This document shows positions 1 to 8,488 of a stretch of 57,393 nt of DNA, one piece after another. The notes below the pieces were generated by a model. That model worked only from the letters and a program-made list of their open reading frames with translations. It ran no database searches and was not told the origin of the DNA. Position 1 is the stretch's first letter. The number at the start of each line of letters is the position of its first letter. This DNA is from an uncultured Gammaproteobacteria bacterium. GTDB lineage: Bacteria; Pseudomonadota; Gammaproteobacteria; UBA4575. The stretch is taken from assembly GCA_938074525.1 (NCBI GenBank), contig CALJEX010000037.1, positions 1-57,393 on the forward strand. The letters run 5' to 3'. Both the position numbers and the translations under genes were made by a program.

Positions 1-186
1 AGCTATCTTATAACGTTGCTGATTAGCAATGTATCTTCAATTTTTCCATAGGCTCATTAGCTTGTCCAGCCATAATGGTCTACCAATTTGTCTACCCAGA
101 AAGCATCACATGGGGCGGGGGTGGGTAAAAAATTTATTTAATTACTATAGTACCTGCGCATATACATAAAAGCTGGATTTAAAAAG

Positions 187-1404
187 TTAGTCTACAAGCT
201 TAATTTCAATTTCTTGTTCTTCTTTGTCACCACCAAATGACCACTTAGCAAATATTGAACCAAATGAACCAGCCTCTCCAAGGCAGGAATTGAAAACATC
301 TTTATACGCTAACTCTGCTGCAAACATTGTTGGTTTGGTTCTTGGCACAATCAATTCGTCATGTACTGGAATCACTGGCAGCTCCATGTGATTGAATAGC
401 TCTATTACAGCCAACATCATTCGACCATCAATTGATTGCAATCGTGTTCCAATATCTGAGCAGATTGCATCTTTCAATTGAGGATGGTGTTGTCTGAAGC
501 TCTCGATATACTCATGACATTGCTGCTTTGGTTTGTCTCCTTCAAATACCTTTTCTCCTTCTCTTTTTGCCTTGCCTTTATAAGATTTTATTTGTAATTC
601 ACCATCCTCATCATGCTGATAATAAGTATTCATCAATGACCTTGCAGCAGCATCCTCTGTCTTTGCATTGAATAGCGTATTAACAAGTTTTTTGTGTATT
701 GCTCTGGGGATGTCTGGATAATCTGGCATAGTGTAGGCATCTTCTCCACGAGCTTGAGCAAACAGTCCTCTTTCCTCACCATCTCTTTTATGCATAAATC
801 TCAGAATAAGTTGAGGATGGAGTTGACTTATATCTAGCGAACAAACAGGCAAATTATCTATTGTAATGCCCAGTCTCTCTTCCTTTGGGTAGTTCTGTAT
901 CAATGCATAGAGGCGTCCTCCTTGCGTCATACTATGTTTAAATTTACGCACAAAGAAGAGGTGAGAGAGAGGAACAGGCTTGCCATCTGGGAGTCTTAGA
1001 TTTGATGCTTGAAGTATTTGATAATGCTTCTCTAGGACATCATAAGTTGCCTGAAAGTCCTCAGAGGATTGATAGTCTTTGGGGATGTCTTGCAACACAT
1101 CATCAGCGTTCTTAAGCTCGATTCTTGGCGATTCTAAATCAGGTAAAATATCTTCATGTTTTAAGTTAGATAACAGCTGATAGAAGGTCTCGGTGGTTCT
1201 ATAAACTGAGTTAAAGCCTTGCCCAGTTTTAGATAATTGGGGTGGTATGGCTTTCTTGTAGAGCTCTATCCACCCCAAATTCATTGCTTGGTTAAAGAGT
1301 GCTAGTACTCTTCTGGTCATCCAAACTTGCTTCCTTTTTCCTTGAGAACCTTGCTCAAAGTAAGCTTTCATAGTTGTAAATTTAAATAGAGCTTGCTCAT
1401 GCAA
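187..1404 (-). CDS. stand-alone family-A (Pol I / T7-type) polymerase-domain-like protein, function unknown
   Basis: 405-aa ORF. The collinear motifs GGRLYALIQNYP (aa 162), LDISQLHPQLILRF (aa 190), RAIHKKLVNTLF (aa 234) and IPVHDELIV (aa 345) parallel TGRLSSTDPNLQNIP, ADYSQIELRIMAH, RRAAKAVNFGLIYG and QVHDELVF of the polA gene in this window. There is no exonuclease domain. The start is uncertain (TTG 1404 or ATG 1371). Confidence 0.55.
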   Translation of the reverse strand: MHEQALFKFTTMKAYFEQGSQGKRKQVWMTRRVLALFNQAMNLGWIELYKKAIPPQLSKTGQGFNSVYRTTETFYQLLSNLKHEDILPDLESPRIELKNADDVLQDIPKDYQSSEDFQATYDVLEKHYQILQASNLRLPDGKPVPLSHLFFVRKFKHSMTQGGRLYALIQNYPKEERLGITIDNLPVCSLDISQLHPQLILRFMHKRDGEERGLFAQARGEDAYTMPDYPDIPRAIHKKLVNTLFNAKTEDAAARSLMNTYYQHDEDGELQIKSYKGKAKREGEKVFEGDKPKQQCHEYIESFRQHHPQLKDAICSDIGTRLQSIDGRMMLAVIELFNHMELPVIPVHDELIVPRTKPTMFAAELAYKDVFNSCLGEAGSFGSIFAKWSFGGDKEEQEIEIKLVD

Positions 1405-1415
1405 CCAGAGCGAAG

Positions 1416-2291
1416 CTATAAGCTTTCTGGGATGTACTCAAAATTCATTCCATATAAGCCCGCTATGAACCCCAACGGCACAAACAACACTGTGACGATG
1501 GTTAGAATTTTTACTACTTTATTTACACGGTGCGATGTAACAGATATATAAGCATTCATGAGGTCGGTACATAATGCTTGATACATTTTAGCTAAACTAA
1601 GAGCACGTTCTACTTGCTCATAAACATCAGTAAATTCATGAACAAACTTCTCATCGGATGTGAAATATTTTAATCCTCTTTTTGAAACCTGTTCCATATA
1701 TTCTAAATTACGAGCTATTTTTCTAAGGCTTGTATTAAAAGATATAAGCTCTGGTAGATAAGTATCTTTCTCATCCTTATCCAAGGCATCTTCAATGCTT
1801 TCTAACCGACTTTCAATACTAATTATATTTTCTACAAATTGATCAGCAATACCTCTAAACAATCGATACAACAATCTGCGCACTGACATGTTTTCTGTTT
1901 GTTTATATTTAGAGCAGTTGTCCCATACGTTATTTAACACCTCCACATCACTTAAATGCCGTGTAATTATAAATCTCTCACCTAAGAACAATGAAACTTG
2001 TGAAAAAAAGATATTGCCATCTGATTTAGACAGCTCTATTGAACGTAGCAAGACAAACGCACTATTATCAAATTCTTCAAATTTAGGAGGATGCCTTTCT
2101 CGAATACTGTCTTTTAAAACCAAGTCATTTAATTTAAACTGGCTTTTAATATATTGACTGTCAACATCCTCACCACCTTCTACATCTAACCACAGTATTA
2201 AATCATCGTTTGATCGCCACTCTTCAATTAAATTATCATTTATATCTTGAACGGTTGGTTGTTGATTTGATTTAAATAATAGTGCTTTCAA
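1416..2291 (-). CDS. corA: CorA-family Mg/Co transporter, 3'-truncated (lacks TM2)
   Basis: Has a CorA-like cytoplasmic domain, TM1 (ILTIVTVLFVPLGFIAGLYGMNF) and the GMN signature. The ORF stops 7 codons after GMN (YGMNFEYIPESL*). The second transmembrane helix and basic tail are absent in all three frames downstream. Confidence 0.7.
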   Translation of the reverse strand: MKALLFKSNQQPTVQDINDNLIEEWRSNDDLILWLDVEGGEDVDSQYIKSQFKLNDLVLKDSIRERHPPKFEEFDNSAFVLLRSIELSKSDGNIFFSQVSLFLGERFIITRHLSDVEVLNNVWDNCSKYKQTENMSVRRLLYRLFRGIADQFVENIISIESRLESIEDALDKDEKDTYLPELISFNTSLRKIARNLEYMEQVSKRGLKYFTSDEKFVHEFTDVYEQVERALSLAKMYQALCTDLMNAYISVTSHRVNKVVKILTIVTVLFVPLGFIAGLYGMNFEYIPESL

Positions 2292-2347
2292 TAATTTTCC
2301 CTACTTTTTGATAATCGTATTTCGTGCTTCTGTATCAATATCTATAA

Positions 2348-3433
2348 TTATGAATTTTCTTCTTCTAATCTTGATGGTGGTATGGCCTCAATCTCGAATA
2401 AGCGATCCCCTTCAATATTACTCTCGTGAGACGCAATCTCATTTTCTACAATGCCTGCTTTTTCAAATCTAGCAATGTGAAACAATGCTTCACCTTCATT
2501 CACTAGTGGCAGGTTGTTAACACAAATTACAATTCCATCGGAACTGGCAGACAGCACTACTTCTTCAGATGAAAATGGAGCAGAGACGACACCCAACGTA
2601 TCTCCTTGTTTTACTCGTGCTCCTAATTTACATAGTGGCCGAAACATTCCATCTAATGGCGCTCGAAACCAGCTGCTAGACCGAGCAATATAAGGTTCAG
2701 CTCTAACTGTCGTAATGCGCTTCGATGGGAGCATGCCTAATGTTCGCATCACACTAACAATGCCGCGAACGCCTGTCACAATGCATTGTTCTGATAACCG
2801 TAGTGCTTCGCCTGCTTCATAGGTAATCACTGGAATACGTAACTTACCCGCTTCGTAACGCAAACTATTTTCAATTAGATTGGAATTTATAATGACAGGA
2901 ATTGAGAAGCCCTTCGCAAGCTGATTAACACCAGGCTCTTCTAAAGCGGCGCGTATTTGAGGAAGGTTATCTCGATTAATAGCAGCAGTGTGCAGATCAA
3001 TAATGTGTGTGCAGTGCTGAACGATTTCATTAAAAAATTTATATGCCACACGTGATGCAATTGATCCTTTTTCACTGCCAGGGAAACAACGATTTAAATC
3101 ACGACGATCAGGAAGATAACGTGACTGATGAATGAAACCAAACAAGTTAACTACCGGCACTAACACGAGGGTGCCATGCAACTTATCAATCCCACGAAAA
3201 CTACGTACTCGTCGAATAATTTCAACACCATTTAATTCGTCACCATGAATCGCAGCGCAGACCAAAAGCACAGGCCCAGTATAGCGGCCATGGATGACTT
3301 CTATTGGCATGTTCAGTGGCGTATGCGTGAATAAATTTGCCGTAGGAAGATCGAACTGTATGCGTTCACCAGGTTGAATGACGCGTCCTGCAATTTCGAA
3401 TGGCTTCTTATTCAGAGTTTTACTTAGGGCCAA
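2348..3433 (-). CDS. succinylglutamate desuccinylase/aspartoacylase-family (M14-like, COG3608-type) deacylase
   Basis: 361-aa ORF with the Zn-site-like motifs AAIHGDELNG and IIDLHTA and a C-terminal hybrid-barrel-like region. TTG start. Lies directly downstream of the rimK-like gene. Confidence 0.8.
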   Translation of the reverse strand: MALSKTLNKKPFEIAGRVIQPGERIQFDLPTANLFTHTPLNMPIEVIHGRYTGPVLLVCAAIHGDELNGVEIIRRVRSFRGIDKLHGTLVLVPVVNLFGFIHQSRYLPDRRDLNRCFPGSEKGSIASRVAYKFFNEIVQHCTHIIDLHTAAINRDNLPQIRAALEEPGVNQLAKGFSIPVIINSNLIENSLRYEAGKLRIPVITYEAGEALRLSEQCIVTGVRGIVSVMRTLGMLPSKRITTVRAEPYIARSSSWFRAPLDGMFRPLCKLGARVKQGDTLGVVSAPFSSEEVVLSASSDGIVICVNNLPLVNEGEALFHIARFEKAGIVENEIASHESNIEGDRLFEIEAIPPSRLEEENS

Positions 3434-3468
3434 CTTAGATTGTCCCCACTCTATTATTGAATAATGGT

Positions 3469-4686
3469 TTAAACATCTTTATCAGTTTCGTGTGGTTCGT
3501 TTAACTCGTCAGTTTGTAAATCCATGACTTCAGGTCTTCGGCGTCTTCGTGTTTTAGCCGGTATCATGTCTTTCATTGATGCTAATTTACCAAAACACAA
3601 TAATTTATCATCGGCCTCAATCACTCGATCAGTTCGAGGGTTAGGGATGACTTTGGACCCTCTATATAAAGTCAGTACATTGATATCTTTATCATCAACC
3701 ATGACATCTTTTATGGTACTACCTACAATTTTTGACCCTTCAGGCACATAAATTTCACTGACGCCATAACCTTTGCTGACCGTCAATCTTTGACGTATAT
3801 CTATTTCTGGAAAATCAACTTGAGCTGAAATGTAGTCGATGACAGCACCAGCAACATCTAAGTCCGTGGAAGTCTCTATACCTTCAAGCCCAGGTGAGGA
3901 ATTAACTTCCATAATCTGCGGTCCGTTCTTTCCTTCGAGCATATCAACACCGGCTACCTGTAAACCTAATATTTGTGCAGCACGTACTGCCGTTTCTCTA
4001 TACTCCTCATCAAGTTCTACGCTTTCAGCAATTCCGCCACGATGTACATTGCTGCGAAATTCTTGTCCTTGAGCGACACGTCGCATGGCAGCAACAACAC
4101 GGTCACCCACTACAAATGCGCGTATGTCTTTGCCTTTACTTTCAGCTACAAATTTTTGGACTAACACATTCTGCTTTTGGCTCTGCAAAAGTTCGATAAT
4201 TGATTCTGCGGCATTCATGGATTCTGCTAGCAGCACGCCAATACCCTGTGTTCCTTCAATCAGTTTGATAACGACAGGAGCGCCGCCGACTCGTTCAATC
4301 GCGGGAACCACATCTTTTTTATCTCTAACAAAAGTTGTCCGAGGAATACCAATATGGTGACGGCTTAATATCTGCAAGCTGCGGAGTTTATCGCGTGAAT
4401 TTGTTATGCCATGAGCAGTGTTAGCACAGAATACATCCATCTCCTGAAACTGTCGCACTACAGCCGTCCCATAATAGGTGATCGATGCGCCAATTCTTGG
4501 CAACACGGCATCATATTCACTCAACACTTTTTGTCGATAATATAAATCAGGAATTCCTTGTTGAAGATCAATGGCAAACTTAAGTGTGTTGAGCACTTTA
4601 ACTTCATGCCCACGTTGCAACGCAGCCTCTTTAAGTCGACGTGTACTGTATGAGTTTGGCCCGCATGAAAGAATTGCTAATTTGAT
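3469..4686 (-). CDS. rimK: RimK-type ATP-grasp alpha-L-glutamate ligase with a C-terminal RCK_C/TrkA-C-like domain
   Basis: Strong similarity to E. coli RimK throughout (GGAPVVIKLIEGTQGIGV, FRSNVHRGG, MEVNSSPGLEGIE). The ORF track starts at TTG 4620. The conserved N-terminus (I)KLAILSCGPNSYSTRRLKEAA is encoded upstream from ATC 4686..4684, which has AGGAGA 5 nt upstream and an in-frame TAG just before it. Confidence 0.85.
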   Translation of the reverse strand: MKLAILSCGPNSYSTRRLKEAALQRGHEVKVLNTLKFAIDLQQGIPDLYYRQKVLSEYDAVLPRIGASITYYGTAVVRQFQEMDVFCANTAHGITNSRDKLRSLQILSRHHIGIPRTTFVRDKKDVVPAIERVGGAPVVIKLIEGTQGIGVLLAESMNAAESIIELLQSQKQNVLVQKFVAESKGKDIRAFVVGDRVVAAMRRVAQGQEFRSNVHRGGIAESVELDEEYRETAVRAAQILGLQVAGVDMLEGKNGPQIMEVNSSPGLEGIETSTDLDVAGAVIDYISAQVDFPEIDIRQRLTVSKGYGVSEIYVPEGSKIVGSTIKDVMVDDKDINVLTLYRGSKVIPNPRTDRVIEADDKLLCFGKLASMKDMIPAKTRRRRRPEVMDLQTDELNEPHETDKDV

Positions 4687-4851
4687 AGCTGTCTCCTAAA
4701 TAGTCGCGTATGTGAAATCAGTTTATTTCGTATAGGTATACTCTTCAATCATGCAACTAACAATACAATTAATTTTCTTGCAGATAGTATTTTAGCCCGT
4801 ACAATCAAGTGACTTTGATGGGGTTTTACAATCAACACAACATGATCAAAT

Positions 4852-5334
4852 GTGAATACATTGAACGATAATTTGAGCAACATAATAACTTTCGGTTGGA
4901 GAGAATGGGTGAAATTACCTGAGCTGGAATTGCCGGCTATTAAGGCAAAGGTAGACACAGGCGCTCGAACATCAGCATTACATGCATTTGAACTACGCCC
5001 AATATTAGAAAATGGAATTCAGCGTATTGAATTCAGCATTCATCCAATTCAACGTGATATTGAGACAGTGCAAATATGCAAGGCTGATGTCGTGGATAAG
5101 CGCAGTGTCACTGATTCCGGTGGGCATCAAGAGGAGCGATGGGTCATTAAGACCCCAATGACTATTGGTGACCATACCTGGCCAATCGAAGTCACACTAA
5201 CCGCACGAGATAATATGAAATTTCGTATGCTACTTGGACGTAACGCTTTAAAAGGCCGCGCACTTGTGGATTCTTCTGCTTCCTATTTGGTGGGTAAAAA
5301 AACTCGAAAAAGTAAAAAGCCTATTATCAAATAG
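4852..5334 (+). CDS. RimB-like retropepsin-fold protease (DUF785, annotated as putative ATP-dependent zinc protease)
   Basis: 160-aa ORF with WREWVKLPEL...KAKVDTGARTSALHA (a DTG aspartic-protease-like motif). Divergent from the rimK-like gene. GTG start. Confidence 0.75.
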   Translation: MNTLNDNLSNIITFGWREWVKLPELELPAIKAKVDTGARTSALHAFELRPILENGIQRIEFSIHPIQRDIETVQICKADVVDKRSVTDSGGHQEERWVIKTPMTIGDHTWPIEVTLTARDNMKFRMLLGRNALKGRALVDSSASYLVGKKTRKSKKPIIK

Positions 5335-5531
5335 ATCACTTATATAGTTCGTACAGATATAATATAAACGTCCACTTTAGGTTGTTAGTAGTCACTCAAT
5401 CTATTACTCAAGCCCCAAATGATAGTCTCCAGTTTATAGCGCTTCTTGCTTAGAAAAAAAGCTCAAATTTAATATTAAATTTGCCTCCTTACTGCACTCA
5501 TTAATAGATATATCCAACCATGCTTATTTAA

Positions 5532-5825
5532 GTGAAAAATCGCGAAAATTACATCATGAGTGATCTGAAAATGTGCGATAAAATTAAGACTAGTGTCCTA
5601 CAAACTATATTAGAAACCGCCTGCAAAGGCACTTCAGTTACGACTAGAGAACTTCTTAAAGAGCTAACAATTGATGATCTGGCTGACATAAGAAATGGGG
5701 ATATGACCACTGATGATATAGTTAGCTTAGTTCTGGAGCTGGCAGATAATAAAGACAATATAAAGTTATATAGAGTTAAAGTTAAAAATACAGAATCTAA
5801 TAATTCACCCAGTGGTATATTTTAG
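5532..5825 (+). CDS. hypothetical small protein
   Basis: 97-aa ORF in an AT-rich stretch with no recognisable motif. An alternative ATG is at 5556. Confidence 0.3.
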   Translation: MKNRENYIMSDLKMCDKIKTSVLQTILETACKGTSVTTRELLKELTIDDLADIRNGDMTTDDIVSLVLELADNKDNIKLYRVKVKNTESNNSPSGIF

Positions 5826-5943
5826 TATTAAAAAGATGTGTCACAGTTGAGGATACATTTAGAAACGGTCTATTAGTAAATATCAAAAAAGTATACGAGC
5901 TAGCTTTTTTCCTGAAATACCAAATAGATTAGGAGCAGAAAAA

Positions 5944-6234
5944 ATGAAACATACTTTCCAAGTTGAAAATATAAGATGTGGCGGGTGTGAAAACACCATC
6001 CAAAAAAAGTTAAAAGAAATAAAAGGAGTTGAAGAGATACAAGTGAATGTTGAAGAGAAGATAGTCACTGTCACAACCAATCCAACGAGTGTCGGTGAGA
6101 TTCATAACCTTATCAGTGAAAAGCTCACTAGTTTAGGTTATCCAGAAGCCGGTAAAAGAGGATCAAATAATCTCAAAGCCAAAGCAACATCTGTCGTCAG
6201 CTGCGCGATAGGAAAAGTCTCAAATACAAACTAA
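5944..6234 (+). CDS. heavy-metal-associated (HMA) domain protein, CopZ-like metallochaperone
   Basis: 96 aa with a beta-alpha-beta-beta-alpha-beta-type HMA N-terminus. The motif is ENIRCGGCE (CxxC). AGGAG lies 7 nt upstream of the ATG. Confidence 0.7.
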   Translation: MKHTFQVENIRCGGCENTIQKKLKEIKGVEEIQVNVEEKIVTVTTNPTSVGEIHNLISEKLTSLGYPEAGKRGSNNLKAKATSVVSCAIGKVSNTN

Positions 6235-6363
6235 GGATGTTGAATGGCTACACTCAACTGTAAGTAAGCAAACATTCATTGTTCTCTTGTTGGTGGATAT
6301 ATGGTGGATAATTACCAATCCACTTTGTACTTGAAGAAAGAATTTTGTAAGTTACTGTTTTGA

Positions 6364-6439
<76 letters not shown>

Positions 6440-6597
6440 AGATGTTGAAATGAATTAAGATCCATCCTTGGCGCGATAATTAAATCGCTGATCCTTAGTT
6501 ATATATTGAAACTCATATTCGTTTTAAATCAGGAATTTAGAATTATTCGCTGATAGAAAGGGCGACATTAAACCGGGTCCGAGCTAATGAGTCAACC

Positions 6598-6870
6598 TTA
6601 CTCTTTAGGAGCAACAAACTCTTTTGGAATGTCAGAACCACCTTCAAATAAGAATTTTTCCATTTCTTCTTCGAGGAATTTACGATTCTTAGGGTCAACT
6701 GGGGTCAATCGGTACTCATTTATTAACATCGTTTGGTGCCCAACCCAGGACTCCCATCCTTCTTTAGATATATTTTCGTAGATTCGTTTACCCAAATCTC
6801 CAGGATAAGGAGCAAAATCTAGCCCTTCACCTTCTTTACCTGTTTTAACGCATTGCACCATTCTAGCCAC
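6598..6870 (-). CDS. yggX: Fe(2+)-trafficking / oxidative-damage protection protein YggX
   Basis: 90 aa. LGKRIYENISKEGWESWVGHQTMLINEYRL matches E. coli YggX. GTG start preceded by AGGAGA. Confidence 0.9.
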   Translation of the reverse strand: MARMVQCVKTGKEGEGLDFAPYPGDLGKRIYENISKEGWESWVGHQTMLINEYRLTPVDPKNRKFLEEEMEKFLFEGGSDIPKEFVAPKE

Positions 6871-6879
6871 GGTGTCTCC

Positions 6880-7929
6880 TTAAATTGCTAATTGTTTAAT
6901 CAATTGATTCACAGGTGCTGCCAAACCCACTTGTGATGAGCCGTGTTTATACCAGACCCATTCATCTGCTTCCATTACCCAGTGTATAGGGGTGCTGTAT
7001 TTAACTGAAACAGGCGTGATCTGTAATCGAAAATGACTGAACGTATGTGTCAGTTGATCTAATTTTTGATGACTTTCTGGTATCTGCTGAAATGTCCTTG
7101 AACACCAATCCAACGCACTCTCTTCACTCTCAAATTCAGGAAAACTCCACAGCCCACCCCATATTCCTTGGTTGGGTCGGCGTTGCATCAGTAAGCCTGT
7201 TTGTTCGCTTGTGATGGCTAACATGACTGTCTTACGCGTAGGAATTTGTTTTTTCGGTTTTGAGTGGGGCAATTCATTTTGCATACCTTTTTCTAACGCA
7301 AGGCAGTCCATACTTACTGGGCATAACTCACATTGGGGTTTAGACCTTTTACATAACGTTGCACCCAAATCCATCATCGCTTGGGTATAATCTGCACAAT
7401 CCGCTTCTGGAGTTAACTGTTCAGCAATCGCCCACAATTTTTTTTCATTAACTGAAGTTCCTGGCCAACCCTCTAAGGCTTGATGTCTCGCTAACACTCT
7501 CTTTACGTTGCCATCAAGAATCGTATGCTTTTGGTTAAAACTTAGCGATAAAATTGCACCTGCGGTTGATCGACCAATACCCGGAAGCGTTATTACTTCT
7601 TCGATGTCTGTTGGAAATTCACCCTGATAACTATCGCAAATCAATTGCGCCGCTTTATGTAGATTACGCGCACGCGCGTAATAACCCAAACCAGACCAAT
7701 AATGTAACACTTCATCTTGCTTCGCATGGGCGAGCGCTTCTATGGTCGGAAATGCTTGCATGAATTTTTGGAAGTATGGGATGACTGTATCAACCTGTGT
7801 TTGTTGCAGCATAATTTCGGATACCCATACACGATAAGCCGTACGCTGCTGCTGCCATGGTAACTGCTTGCGTCCATAATCGGCCGCCCACAATAAGACA
7901 CGTTGAGAAAATGATAATTTAGCTTGCAT
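6880..7929 (-). CDS. mutY: A/G-specific adenine DNA glycosylase MutY
   Basis: 349 aa with HhH-GPD motifs (LPGIGRSTAGAILS), an Fe-S Cys cluster (CKRSKPQCELCP...C) and a C-terminal MutT-like domain. Shows mutY-yggX synteny. Confidence 0.93.
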   Translation of the reverse strand: MQAKLSFSQRVLLWAADYGRKQLPWQQQRTAYRVWVSEIMLQQTQVDTVIPYFQKFMQAFPTIEALAHAKQDEVLHYWSGLGYYARARNLHKAAQLICDSYQGEFPTDIEEVITLPGIGRSTAGAILSLSFNQKHTILDGNVKRVLARHQALEGWPGTSVNEKKLWAIAEQLTPEADCADYTQAMMDLGATLCKRSKPQCELCPVSMDCLALEKGMQNELPHSKPKKQIPTRKTVMLAITSEQTGLLMQRRPNQGIWGGLWSFPEFESEESALDWCSRTFQQIPESHQKLDQLTHTFSHFRLQITPVSVKYSTPIHWVMEADEWVWYKHGSSQVGLAAPVNQLIKQLAI

Positions 7930-8488
7930 TAGATGCTAGTAAAAAATTAATCTTGTTTGCAGTGTGCTGAAGTTGAGATCGGATCTGCTTTTTAAGTGCG
8001 TATGGTCCTACGAATGGCGGCAACCAAAAATCTGGCTGCATAGAAGCAGTGTAATTTACGATAGTTTTATTTCCATCTAGGGTAAATGTCCAATGTGTAT
8101 TGCCTGATTTGAAATCACTCATCGATGGCACAATAACCGTTGTAATATTTAAATGCTTATCAACGCTCACATCTTCTACGCGACGAATTTTTTTACAAAA
8201 AAACAACATGCAGCCTTCTGTAATTAATTCGACCCGGTCGATATCAGGAGAATCAGATGGCAGTAGCCGACTAGACTTAATCAAAGGATTCAACTCGGAG
8301 AGTTGGTTATAGTTGGTGATAATCGTAAACACAGAATGAGGCGGCGCATTGGCAGCAAACCTCATACTAAAGCGATAAACATTGTTCTCATCGCGCTGCA
8401 CATCAACCGTTACCGGCTGCGTCTCTGCATTGGCATGTGCTGCAGATACTAGTAGCAGTAACAGCAGCGCACGCACAAAGCGCTCCAT
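7919..8488 (-). CDS. secreted SRPBCC/START-like family protein
   Basis: 189 aa with a signal peptide (LLLLLLVSAAHANA). Its start overlaps the asmA stop (TAATG) and its end overlaps the mutY start. Confidence 0.55.
   Translation of the reverse strand: MERFVRALLLLLLVSAAHANAETQPVTVDVQRDENNVYRFSMRFAANAPPHSVFTIITNYNQLSELNPLIKSSRLLPSDSPDIDRVELITEGCMLFFCKKIRRVEDVSVDKHLNITTVIVPSMSDFKSGNTHWTFTLDGNKTIVNYTASMQPDFWLPPFVGPYALKKQIRSQLQHTANKINFLLASNAS

Noticed and set aside
111-125. G-run TGGGGCGGGGGTGGG, a G-quadruplex-like tract downstream of the polymerase-like gene.
   Set aside because: It is a single short tract with only three clear G-runs and no repeat context, so it is not interpretable on its own.
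196-1425. AAGCTT (HindIII) sites near both ends of the polymerase-like ORF, which could mark a cloning or assembly artefact.
   Set aside because: AAGCTT is frequent in this sequence. A third copy lies at 1362, and others lie near 8927 and 10135. The bracketing is therefore most likely coincidence.
5335-6363. A genomic island integrated at tRNA-Phe.
   Set aside because: There is no integrase, no direct repeat of the tRNA 3' end, and only two small ORFs. I kept it only as a low-interest note.
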